Virus record (IMG/VR): IMGVR_UViG_3300042398_001353
Length of the DNA: 21,442 bases
Direction: 5' to 3' (one strand)
Source of the DNA: a virus
Lineage: Duplodnaviria; Heunggongvirae; Uroviricota; Caudoviricetes
Below the pieces are notes generated by a model that saw only the letters and a list, made by a program, of their open reading frames with translations, had not been told where the DNA came from and did no database searches. Positions 6,982 to 15,489 of this stretch are shown piece after piece. Made by a program: the position numbers and the translations under genes. Positions within the stretch are counted from its first letter, which is position 1; the number at the start of each line of letters is the position of its first letter.

Positions 6982-8232
6982 ATGGGAAATAGCAAAATTT
7001 TTATTCAGATCGCGTCTTATAGAGACCCACAATTAATCCCCACATTAAAAGATTGTATTGAGAAAGCAAAGTATCCGGAAAATCTGGTATTTTCAATCGC
7101 ATGGCAACATTCTGTTGATGATCTTTGGGATAACCTAGATGAGTTTAAGAATGACAGTAGATTTAAAATTGTAGATATAAATTATAAAGAAGCTAAGGGT
7201 GCTTGTTGGGCTAGGAACTTACTACAACAAAATTATAATGAAGAGGAGTTTACACTTCAGTTAGATTCACACCATAGATTTATTGAAAATTGGGATGAAG
7301 AATTAATAACGATGTATTATGGATTACAAAATAAGGGTCACGAAAAACCTTTGTTAACATCATACATATCATCATATGATCCGGATAATGATCCAGCAGG
7401 AAGAACAATGGTGCCATGGAAAATGAATTTTGATAGATTTATTCCTGAGGGTGCGGTGTTTTTCTTACCTGCATCAATTGATAATCATAAAGAACTAACA
7501 GAGCCAATACCTGCTAGATTTTACTCAGCACATTTTTGTTTTACAACTGGGCAGTTTGTTAAGGAAGTACCGCACGATCCTGAATATTATTTTCATGGTG
7601 AAGAAATCTCAATCGCTGTTAGAGCATATACCTGGGGATATGATTTATTCCACCCACATAAAATAATTGCTTGGCATGAGTACACCAGAAAAAATAGAAC
7701 AAAACAATGGGATGATGATAGTTCTTGGGTGGATAAAAATAATAACTGTCATCTGAGAAATAGAAAGCTATTTGAAATGGATGGTCATGAAAAAGATATT
7801 GATTTTGGTATATATGATTTTGGTAAAGTTAGAACACTTGAGGATTATGAAAGATATGCTGGTTTGTCATTTAAAAAAAGAGCGGTACAAAAGTTCACGT
7901 TGGATAATAATATAGCACCAAATCCACCACTTTATGGTGAAGAATTCGAACAATCATTTTTGAAAATATTTAAACATTGTATAGATGTTCATAGAAGTGT
8001 CTTTGTAGATGATGATTATGATTTCTGGGCGGTAATATTTGAAGATGATAATGGTGGTACATTACATAGACAAGATATGAATGCACAAGAGGTTAAATCA
8101 ACATTAGCAACAAAAGATGATTTTATTAAAATATGGAGAACATTTGATACAGAAAAAAAACCATTTAAGTGGATTGTGTGGCCGCATTCAGAATCAAAGG
8201 GTTGGTTAAATAAAAGCGAGGGTAAGTTATAA
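6982..8232 (+). CDS. GT60-type (Skp1/Gnt1-like) polypeptide N-acetylglucosaminyltransferase with a C-terminal extra domain
   Basis: IFIQIASYRDPQL, AKGACWAR, LQLDSHHRF, FHGEEISIAVRAYTWGYD, WHEY: hallmark motifs of the GlcNAc/GT60 family. Confidence 0.8.
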   Translation: MGNSKIFIQIASYRDPQLIPTLKDCIEKAKYPENLVFSIAWQHSVDDLWDNLDEFKNDSRFKIVDINYKEAKGACWARNLLQQNYNEEEFTLQLDSHHRFIENWDEELITMYYGLQNKGHEKPLLTSYISSYDPDNDPAGRTMVPWKMNFDRFIPEGAVFFLPASIDNHKELTEPIPARFYSAHFCFTTGQFVKEVPHDPEYYFHGEEISIAVRAYTWGYDLFHPHKIIAWHEYTRKNRTKQWDDDSSWVDKNNNCHLRNRKLFEMDGHEKDIDFGIYDFGKVRTLEDYERYAGLSFKKRAVQKFTLDNNIAPNPPLYGEEFEQSFLKIFKHCIDVHRSVFVDDDYDFWAVIFEDDNGGTLHRQDMNAQEVKSTLATKDDFIKIWRTFDTEKKPFKWIVWPHSESKGWLNKSEGKL

Positions 8233-9056
8233 TGAAAAAAGTATTAACAGGGTTATCGAATAATATATCACTAAACAAACATAAAATAAAAGTTTGGTCA
8301 GAAAGTTTTAAGAAACACTCTGACGGTGATATTATTTTAATTGCAGCGAATGCTACAGATGAAGACATAAAAGTATGTGATGAATTAGGTATTAAATACC
8401 ATCAAGTTACTGTTGAGGATACGTGGTACATTAATAATAAGAGGTTAAAACACACCAAAGATTTTTTAGAACAATCTGACGCCGATCTTTTTTTGATTAC
8501 TGATGTGTTTGATGTTTTATTTCAATCTGACCCATTTAGTAAAATGGATTTAGAAAACTATGATGTATTCATTAGTAGAGAAGGTATTTTAGTTTGTGAA
8601 GAACCGTGGAATGGTGATGTGTTAAATAAGGTATTTCCAGACGAGACATCATCTTGTATGCAAACAGAGATTGTTTGTTCTGGTATTATTGGTGGTAAAA
8701 GGACTGCATTAATAAAACTATATGATAAGTTGGATTATATGTGTGAAAATAGTTTAAATGGTCACAACATTAAAGATCAAGCCGCACTTATTATTATGGT
8801 TAAGAATAATGAAATTGACAGATTAAAGAATTTTTCATTAGATGAAGGTTGGGCCATGCATTGCCAATCAGCAGGTCCAACACAATTTTTTGAATCTTGG
8901 GGACTTAAGGGTTCATTAATCAGAAAAGGGTATGGTATACCAGAATTAAGAGAAGATGGTATTGTGTATACCCAATCCGGAATAAAATATGATATGGTTC
9001 ATCAATTTAATAGAGTTGATGAATGGAAAAAAATTATAACTAAAGAATATGAATAA
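8232..9056 (+). CDS. Putative GT-A glycosyltransferase
   Basis: LITDVFDVLFQSDPF (DxxD), CSGIIGG, DQAAL, C-terminal VHQFNR; overlapping stop/start with its neighbours. Confidence 0.7.
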   Translation: MKKVLTGLSNNISLNKHKIKVWSESFKKHSDGDIILIAANATDEDIKVCDELGIKYHQVTVEDTWYINNKRLKHTKDFLEQSDADLFLITDVFDVLFQSDPFSKMDLENYDVFISREGILVCEEPWNGDVLNKVFPDETSSCMQTEIVCSGIIGGKRTALIKLYDKLDYMCENSLNGHNIKDQAALIIMVKNNEIDRLKNFSLDEGWAMHCQSAGPTQFFESWGLKGSLIRKGYGIPELREDGIVYTQSGIKYDMVHQFNRVDEWKKIITKEYE

Positions 9057-9804
9057 CGCATTATGTATTTGCTCGACTAGTGATCTGTATGGTCCGTTTG
9101 CTGATGAGTGGCTAAATGAACCAATTGTTAATGGTGATAAATTTGTAATTGTTGATGTAACAAAAGACCCATCCTTTAATAAGGGGTTTACATTTACTGA
9201 ACAACAATTAAGAGAAAAAATGAATTTTACACAAGAAGTTAGTAAACTCAATTGGTGGAACTCATATGGTAATAGAAACATTGCTTGGTTTTATGCCCAT
9301 TTAAGAATGATAAATTTTTATATGGAACACCCAAATTATGATTACTATTGGTTTTTTGATGACGATATTAAAATGGATAATTGGGCATTGTTTTTTGATT
9401 CATTTAAAAATGAAGACGCTGATTTCTTAACATATTTTTTATTTAAAAATATTGACGTTGATACACAACCAGATGTACCGGTAATTGATGATAGAACATA
9501 TTCTAGAACTGAGTGGTTTAAAAGATTTCCTGGGATTGATGCTAATTTACCTAAAGATATGACCAAACTATTTGGTTCGTTTTTCCCAACAACCAGATTT
9601 TCAAATAAAGCATTAAAGACTATCATGGATTATAATACAAATGGTTATCATGCTTATCATGAGGGAATGGTGCCAACCATATTAAATTATGAGGGACAAA
9701 AATTAAAAACAATAATAACACCGGAAAACACTTCAAATTTCTTCGATGTTAATGAAGTTAATATTGTACACAAAAATCAAAAAATTAATTGGGAATGGAT
9801 ATAA
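9049..9804 (+). CDS. Putative GT-A glycosyltransferase
   Basis: YDYYWFFDDDI (DxD) motif, HEGMVPT; located within the operon. Confidence 0.62.
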   Translation: MNNALCICSTSDLYGPFADEWLNEPIVNGDKFVIVDVTKDPSFNKGFTFTEQQLREKMNFTQEVSKLNWWNSYGNRNIAWFYAHLRMINFYMEHPNYDYYWFFDDDIKMDNWALFFDSFKNEDADFLTYFLFKNIDVDTQPDVPVIDDRTYSRTEWFKRFPGIDANLPKDMTKLFGSFFPTTRFSNKALKTIMDYNTNGYHAYHEGMVPTILNYEGQKLKTIITPENTSNFFDVNEVNIVHKNQKINWEWI

Positions 9805-11147
9805 AAAAAACGGCTATTGTTACAGCCATATTTGATATTGGTAGAGATAAGTGGGATAATTTTACAATGTCTTACCACACCTATTTGTGGTGGATGCGAA
9901 ATTTACTTTACTTAGATACCAATCTTATTATCTATACTGAAGAGAAGTTTAAAAATGATATTTTAAATTACAGGAAAGAGGTTGATCCTCATTTAGAAAA
10001 AACAATTTTAATAATCCAACCTCTTGGGGCTATTGAGGGTTATAAAACATTTTATGAGCCATTGAATACTTTAATGTTAAGTGATGAATTTAAGAAAGAT
10101 ATTCAATTCGATGTTCCGGAGATGACAAAGCCATTATATAATGTGGTAATGTTTGCTAAGTTGTTTTACATATTAGATTCAGCTAGAAAAAACTTATTTG
10201 ATGCTGACTTATACGCATGGGCGGATGCTGGTGTTATAAGAAATGATCAACCGGAAAAAAATGTTAAATGGCCAGATATTCAAAAGATTAATGAATTAGA
10301 TAATAACAAAGTTACGTTCTTTTGTCATCACCCATATGTTAGGGTTGGCGAGGATCAATATAAGTTTCATGCATTATCTCAAATGAGATATATTCAAGGT
10401 GGGGCCGTATTTGTACCTAAAAAATGTGTAGAAGATATTTGCGAATTATTTAAAACAACAGCATTGGATTGTATATCAAAAGGGTTTGTTGGTAGTGATG
10501 AAAAAATATTTGACTTCACATATCTTACTAATCCAGATAATTACAATCTAATACAATGTGGATGGAGAGAATATATTGATTTGTTTACAACAAAAAAAGA
10601 TTTAGAGCTAGTTGTTTCACATTATAACGAGGATATATCCTGGACAAATGATATTAAGTATAAAACAACAATTTATAATAAGAACGAAAATGAAACAAAT
10701 CTATTTCAAAATAACTTACCAAATATAGGTAGAGAAGGTCACACGTTCTTTAATCATATTGTTAACAATTATGATAATTTACCAGAATATTTAGCATTTG
10801 TTCAGGGAAACCCTTTTGACCATTGTCCAGACTTAAAAAACATTATCAATGACTTTGATTTTAAAACAGAGTTTAAACCATTAGGTGTTTTACATCAGTT
10901 AACGATGGAATATGAAGGAATTAATCAACAAGTACAATCATTTAGTGAAAGAATGGGGTTTAATATTACATATCCAATATATATGGTACCGGGAGGTCAA
11001 TACTTAATAAGTAAAAGATTGATTCATAAAAAACCAAAACAATTTTATATGAATATACTAAATTCGTTATCTAATAACATATACCCACAAGAAGGTTTAG
11101 ATGTTGAAAAAACATTATTTCAAATATATAATATATATAAAAATTAA
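9795..11147 (+). CDS. Fusion: HtrL/YibB (WlaTC-like) glycosyltransferase plus DUF3431 domain
   Basis: N-part IVTAIFDIGR...VMFAKLFYI...YAWADAG...GSDEK; C-part LVVSHYNEDISW...NIGREGHTFFNHIVNNYDNLP...FVQGNPFDH. ATG at 9795 preferred over TTG at 9789. Confidence 0.72.
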   Translation: MDIKKTAIVTAIFDIGRDKWDNFTMSYHTYLWWMRNLLYLDTNLIIYTEEKFKNDILNYRKEVDPHLEKTILIIQPLGAIEGYKTFYEPLNTLMLSDEFKKDIQFDVPEMTKPLYNVVMFAKLFYILDSARKNLFDADLYAWADAGVIRNDQPEKNVKWPDIQKINELDNNKVTFFCHHPYVRVGEDQYKFHALSQMRYIQGGAVFVPKKCVEDICELFKTTALDCISKGFVGSDEKIFDFTYLTNPDNYNLIQCGWREYIDLFTTKKDLELVVSHYNEDISWTNDIKYKTTIYNKNENETNLFQNNLPNIGREGHTFFNHIVNNYDNLPEYLAFVQGNPFDHCPDLKNIINDFDFKTEFKPLGVLHQLTMEYEGINQQVQSFSERMGFNITYPIYMVPGGQYLISKRLIHKKPKQFYMNILNSLSNNIYPQEGLDVEKTLFQIYNIYKN

Positions 11148-11150
11148 AAA

Positions 11151-11954
11151 ATGAAAAGAATACTAGTAACACCAGCAGGGAGAAAAAGATATTTAGAAAT
11201 ATTATTTAATCATTTAAATAATTTAAAAAATGAGTTTGATGAATGGATATTATGGGTAAATACAGAAAACGTGGATGATATACAATACATGGAAAAACTA
11301 GAAAATGAAAATGAATTTATAAAATTACAAAGAACAAAAATTGGTGTTAGGGGTAGTGAAACTATTTTTCATTTTTTTAAAGAATGTGTGGATGAGAATT
11401 CTGTTTATATTAGATTAGATGATGATATTGTGTATATTAAACCAAATTCTTTAAAAAATTTATTTAATTTTAGAATAAACAATCCAAATTATTTTTTGGT
11501 ATATGGTAACATTGTTAATAATGCAATAATATCACATTTATATCAAAGAGTGGGTGCTATCACCAGTGAATTTGTATTTGGTTATAATTGTGTTGACCAT
11601 AATGGTTGGAATAATCCTATTGCATCAGAATCAATACATCGAAGATTTTTTGAGTTATATGAAAGCAACCAGCTTGCCGATTTTTCAATAAATGATTGGA
11701 TTTTAAAACACTATGAAAGATGTTCTATTAACGTTATCTCTTGGTTAGGTAGTGAATTTAAGAAATTTGATGGTAACGTTGGTTTTGATGAAGAGGCTTG
11801 GTTATCGTGTGACAAACCAAGGGAAATACAAAAACCTAATATTATTTTTGGCGATGGTTTATTTGTTCATTACGCATTTTTTACTCAGAGAAACCACATG
11901 GATAGTACAGACATTTTGGAATTATATAAAAACATCTCAATTAATATTAAATAA
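11151..11954 (+). CDS. Putative GT-A (GT2-like) glycosyltransferase
   Basis: LVTPAGRKRYL, YIRLDDDIVYI, DEE-x-WL, VHYAFFTQR. Confidence 0.65.
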   Translation: MKRILVTPAGRKRYLEILFNHLNNLKNEFDEWILWVNTENVDDIQYMEKLENENEFIKLQRTKIGVRGSETIFHFFKECVDENSVYIRLDDDIVYIKPNSLKNLFNFRINNPNYFLVYGNIVNNAIISHLYQRVGAITSEFVFGYNCVDHNGWNNPIASESIHRRFFELYESNQLADFSINDWILKHYERCSINVISWLGSEFKKFDGNVGFDEEAWLSCDKPREIQKPNIIFGDGLFVHYAFFTQRNHMDSTDILELYKNISINIK

Positions 11955-13057
11955 TGTACAACTACTTGATAGTCGGGTCCGGATTATTTGGATCTATATT
12001 TGCCAGAGAATTAACAGACAAAGGATACAAATGTTTAGTTATAGATAAAAGAAATCACATTGGTGGTAATTGTTATACTGAAGAGATTGAGGGTATTAAT
12101 GTGCATAAGTATGGCCCCCATATTTTTCATACATCTGATGATGATGTGTGGGAATATATGAATAGGTTTTGTAAATTCAATCATTATGTTAATAGACCTA
12201 AAGTAAATTATAAAGAAAAGATTTATTCATTCCCTATTAACTTAATGACATTATATCAGTTGTACAATGTAACAACACCAGAACAAGCTAAAATCATGTT
12301 AAATAACGTTAAGCATGATATTGAGAACCCAAAGAATTTAGAAGAATGGATATTATCACAAGTTGGTACTGAAATATATGAAATATTCATTAAGGGTTAT
12401 ACAACAAAGCAATGGGGAAGAGAACCCAAATTATTACCATCAAGCATAATTAGAAGATTACCTATTAGGTTGACATTTGATGATAATTATTTTTTTGACA
12501 AATACCAGGGAATACCGATTGGTGGATATACAAAAATATTTGAAAAATTATTAGAAGGTATTGATGTTAAATTAGGTGTTGATTACTTTGAAAATAAACA
12601 ATATTGGGACAATCAATGTGATAAAGTAGTGTATACTGGCCCTGTTGATAGATATTATGATTATAGGTTTGGTAATCTAGAATACAGAAGTTTAGAATTT
12701 AAAACAGAATTAAAGGATGTTGAAGATTTTCAAGGTAACGCTATTATAAATTATACTGATATTAATCATGAATATACCAGAATTATTGAACATAAACATT
12801 TTGAGTTCGGTAAACAAAAGAAGACTGTTATTACAACAGAGTATCCAAAGAGTGCAGGTGATCCATATTATCCTGTTAATGACACCATTAACAACACTAG
12901 ATACAACCAATATAAAGAATTAATGAATCTTGAGGACAGTGTGATCTTTGGCGGTAGATTGGCTGATTACAAATACTATGATATGCACCAAGTTGTGGCA
13001 TCAGCATTAAAAAGAGTTAAAGACGAAATATTTATAAAAACCGGTTACACACCATAA
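11954..13057 (+). CDS. glf: UDP-galactopyranose mutase
   Basis: IVGSGLFG FAD motif, HIGGNCY, HKYGPHIFHT, GYTTKQWG, YQGIP, YRSL, YTRIIEHKHF, PYYP, FGGRLADYKYYDMHQ. Confidence 0.95.
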   Translation: MYNYLIVGSGLFGSIFARELTDKGYKCLVIDKRNHIGGNCYTEEIEGINVHKYGPHIFHTSDDDVWEYMNRFCKFNHYVNRPKVNYKEKIYSFPINLMTLYQLYNVTTPEQAKIMLNNVKHDIENPKNLEEWILSQVGTEIYEIFIKGYTTKQWGREPKLLPSSIIRRLPIRLTFDDNYFFDKYQGIPIGGYTKIFEKLLEGIDVKLGVDYFENKQYWDNQCDKVVYTGPVDRYYDYRFGNLEYRSLEFKTELKDVEDFQGNAIINYTDINHEYTRIIEHKHFEFGKQKKTVITTEYPKSAGDPYYPVNDTINNTRYNQYKELMNLEDSVIFGGRLADYKYYDMHQVVASALKRVKDEIFIKTGYTP

Positions 13058-13086
13058 ATCGATAAACAACTTATACATGGACCCTG

Positions 13087-13329
13087 ATGATGAACAAAAT
13101 CAAAAAATTAAAAGACAAACACAGAAGGTTAGTGCTATACAAAGATACATCTCTAATGTTAGCAATGTTCTTTCTCCCATTTGGGTACGACGCTCTGTTC
13201 AAATTAATAATGGATCTGAGTGGTTCCTATTGGGTAGCAGATATCGTTTTCTATTCTATTTCAGGTTGTTTCTGGTTGTCTTATATATTTCTTACGAAGT
13301 ACTTAAATAAAAAAGAAACCTCCAATTAG
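13087..13329 (+). CDS. Small two-helix membrane protein
   Basis: 80 aa with a basic N-terminus and two hydrophobic segments. Confidence 0.65.
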   Translation: MMNKIKKLKDKHRRLVLYKDTSLMLAMFFLPFGYDALFKLIMDLSGSYWVADIVFYSISGCFWLSYIFLTKYLNKKETSN

Positions 13330-13340
13330 GAGGTTTTTTT
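13316..13340 (+). terminator. Intrinsic terminator (probably bidirectional) between convergent units
   Basis: AAACCTCC-AATTA-GGAGGTTT followed by a T-run; an A-run precedes it. Confidence 0.75.
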
Positions 13341-13457
13341 ATTGTCTGTTTTTCCTGGTTGCTGTAAACCTTTTTTAGTTTCATCTTTTTTAACATTATG
13401 ACTCTTTGTTGCGTCTTTATGTTTTTCTAAGATTTTCTTTTTTTCTTCTTCGGTCAT
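13326..13457 (-). CDS. Unannotated 43-aa basic protein MTEEEKKKILEKHKDATKSHNVKKDETKKGLQQPGKTDNKKTS
   Basis: Translated by hand: ATG at 13457, TAA at 13328-13326. Fills the gap below the 13468 gene and has an ILE (I-x-E) site. Confidence 0.65.
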   Translation of the reverse strand: MTEEEKKKILEKHKDATKSHNVKKDETKKGLQQPGKTDNKKTS

Positions 13458-13467
13458 TTTGAATACA

Positions 13468-13764
13468 CTACTCATATTTTAATTGTTTTTTGTTTTCTTG
13501 GAGACATTTCTCTTTTTTATTTTTTAGTACTAAACATTTTTCATACTCTTCTGTTTCTTCTAGAATTTGTATCATTCTATCAATAATTTCGATCAATAGT
13601 TCCAAATCATTATTATAACTTAATATTGTCTTGTTATTAATATACTCATAAATCATGTCATTGTCAACATTTCTTATGTAATCATATATCATTCTAACCT
13701 CATCATCATCATAGTTGCCTACGTGAAGAACTCTAGTTGCTTGTAAAAGAAATGATATGGACAT
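13468..13764 (-). CDS. Hypothetical protein with C-terminal UVR-like motif; start revised to MSISFLLQ (13764)
   Basis: EETEEYEKCLVLKN motif. A TATTTAT box lies 4 nt before the in-frame ATG at 13764. Confidence 0.65.
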   Translation of the reverse strand: MSISFLLQATRVLHVGNYDDDEVRMIYDYIRNVDNDMIYEYINNKTILSYNNDLELLIEIIDRMIQILEETEEYEKCLVLKNKKEKCLQENKKQLKYE

Positions 13765-13768
13765 ATTC

Positions 13769-13775
13769 ATAAATA
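13769..13775 (-). promoter_or_regulatory. TATTTAT box
   Basis: GATATTTATGAAT-ATG. Confidence 0.45.
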
Positions 13776-13780
13776 TCCCT

Positions 13781-14104
13781 TCACTCATTGATTAACTTTT
13801 TTTCTAAGATCCTGAAACATTCAAAGAAGCCATCCTTTTCAATCTCCTCTCTATTTTCTTTAGAAGATTGTGTTGGCCCAAAAACAATTCCGTTATTTAA
13901 TGAAATAGTAAAAACCCATTGTTTAGGGTTATACATTTCAACTGTTAGATATATCCCTTCTTTATCAAAGAATCTATAAAGTTTCTTTAAATCATATCCT
14001 CCGATCGTGGAAATACTTAATACCCCCACGTTTGGAAACATGATATCATTAAATCTTTTAAATGCTTTGGGGTACAAATATTCCACCGAATACCAATCTA
14101 ACAT
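13781..14104 (-). CDS. Hypothetical protein
   Basis: 107-aa ORF with TATATTAG box upstream. Confidence 0.72.
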   Translation of the reverse strand: MLDWYSVEYLYPKAFKRFNDIMFPNVGVLSISTIGGYDLKKLYRFFDKEGIYLTVEMYNPKQWVFTISLNNGIVFGPTQSSKENREEIEKDGFFECFRILEKKLINE

Positions 14105-14109
14105 AATAA

Positions 14110-14117
14110 CTAATATA
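14110..14117 (-). promoter_or_regulatory. -7-like box TATATTAG
   Basis: 5 nt upstream of the ATG at 14104. Confidence 0.5.
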
Positions 14118-14191
14118 ACAAATATCTATCAATAATTATAAAATTCATAGGCTTTTATAAAAAAAAGACATACTTATTTGGTACTGATAAA

Positions 14192-14425
14192 ATGATAATA
14201 CGAGAGTTTTACCTTAATGAGGATACCGGCGGTCTTTATGTCGAATTCTCAACAAAAAATGACGGGGATGATTTCTATAGGGTTCTTGAATTAACCAGGA
14301 ATGATATTGAATATTATTCACCAACGTTATTGGATGAAGATAGTGAAATAGACGAGGATTTTATATCTGAGCTACTATTTGAGTACTCAAAACACAACGA
14401 ATTACCAGAAGAAGAAATATTGTGA
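14192..14425 (+). CDS. Small acidic hypothetical protein
   Basis: 77 aa, D/E-rich. Confidence 0.7.
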   Translation: MIIREFYLNEDTGGLYVEFSTKNDGDDFYRVLELTRNDIEYYSPTLLDEDSEIDEDFISELLFEYSKHNELPEEEIL

Positions 14426-14432
14426 TATTTAT
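14426..14432 (+). promoter_or_regulatory. TATTTAT box
   Basis: GATATTTATAAGTT-ATG, 5 nt before 14438. Confidence 0.55.
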
Positions 14433-14437
14433 AAGTT

Positions 14438-14809
14438 ATGGGATTCCTAAACGATCAACAAAAAGAAAAATTAACAGAATTTATAAAATTCGTAAAAGGT
14501 GAGCTTCAGTTAAAGTCCACTCCAAAGGTTGTTGTGCAAAACGGTAGAAAAGAACTTAAAACAACAGCAAACTATGATTATACTAAACCAGAAAAGGTAA
14601 TTAAGGTTAATGCAAAGAATAGGATGCTAGTTGATGTAATGAGAAGTGTTGCTCACGAGCTGGTACATCACAAACAATACGAAGACGGTCGCCTAGATGG
14701 TCCAAAACCACCAGATATTGGGGGTGAAATTGAAGACGAAGCAAACGCTAAAGCTGGCCAGTTTATCAAAATGTTTGCACAAAAGGATCAAACCATATAT
14801 GACGAATAA
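14438..14809 (+). CDS. HExxH zincin-like putative metallopeptidase
   Basis: RSVAHELVHHKQ with downstream IEDEANAKAG. Confidence 0.68.
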   Translation: MGFLNDQQKEKLTEFIKFVKGELQLKSTPKVVVQNGRKELKTTANYDYTKPEKVIKVNAKNRMLVDVMRSVAHELVHHKQYEDGRLDGPKPPDIGGEIEDEANAKAGQFIKMFAQKDQTIYDE

Positions 14810-14810
14810 A

Positions 14811-15407
14811 TTAATTTCGTTTAAAGGTTAATGTAACAAACGCTGTTACAGCTTTTTCTCTAATACCACTACTTAAATAAAGATCAGTACTAATATTTGG
14901 GCTAGTTAAGGTCATTACTCTAGAATAACCTGCGCCAAATTTATCTGTTGTGAATGTGAAATTAGTTTCATTTCCATTCATATGATTACTAACAACCATT
15001 TCAGTTTGAATATAATCACCATATTTGTTTGGTAGATATGGTCTAGGAAATTTAACATATATTTCATCATCAAAACTGTTATTAACTCTTAATGGGAAAA
15101 ACGTTGATTGACTAGGACCATCAAAATCCCACGTTGTAACACCTTTAATGAATCTTCTATCAATCGATGTTTTATTATAGTTTTGTTTCATAAGTATCCC
15201 ACCAGACACAAAAGACTGATCACCAAAGTTATTAATACATATCGTGTCACTTTTAATAACCTGAACTTTGCTTAAAGATTGTACAATAGTCACTGTATAA
15301 TCATCAAAATACCATTTTCCAGCAACAGATGGTTCACTAGGTAATTCGTACTTCTCACAACCCCAAAATAGCGGTGCAATTACTAGTATTAAGAATAGTT
15401 TTTTCAT
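14811..15407 (-). CDS. Lipoprotein of unknown function
   Basis: MKK plus hydrophobic core plus FWG-C lipobox, then CEKYELPSE; beta-rich mature part. Confidence 0.75.
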   Translation of the reverse strand: MKKLFLILVIAPLFWGCEKYELPSEPSVAGKWYFDDYTVTIVQSLSKVQVIKSDTICINNFGDQSFVSGGILMKQNYNKTSIDRRFIKGVTTWDFDGPSQSTFFPLRVNNSFDDEIYVKFPRPYLPNKYGDYIQTEMVVSNHMNGNETNFTFTTDKFGAGYSRVMTLTSPNISTDLYLSSGIREKAVTAFVTLTFKRN

Positions 15408-15477
15408 TATTATTGATTTTAAAACACAAAACTCGTATATTTTATTGATATTAACAAAAAAAACCGGAATTATTTTA

Positions 15478-15484
15478 TATTTAT
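15478..15484 (+). promoter_or_regulatory. TATTTAT box
   Basis: ATATTTATAGGGT-ATG, 5 nt before 15490. Confidence 0.55.
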
Positions 15485-15489
15485 AGGGT

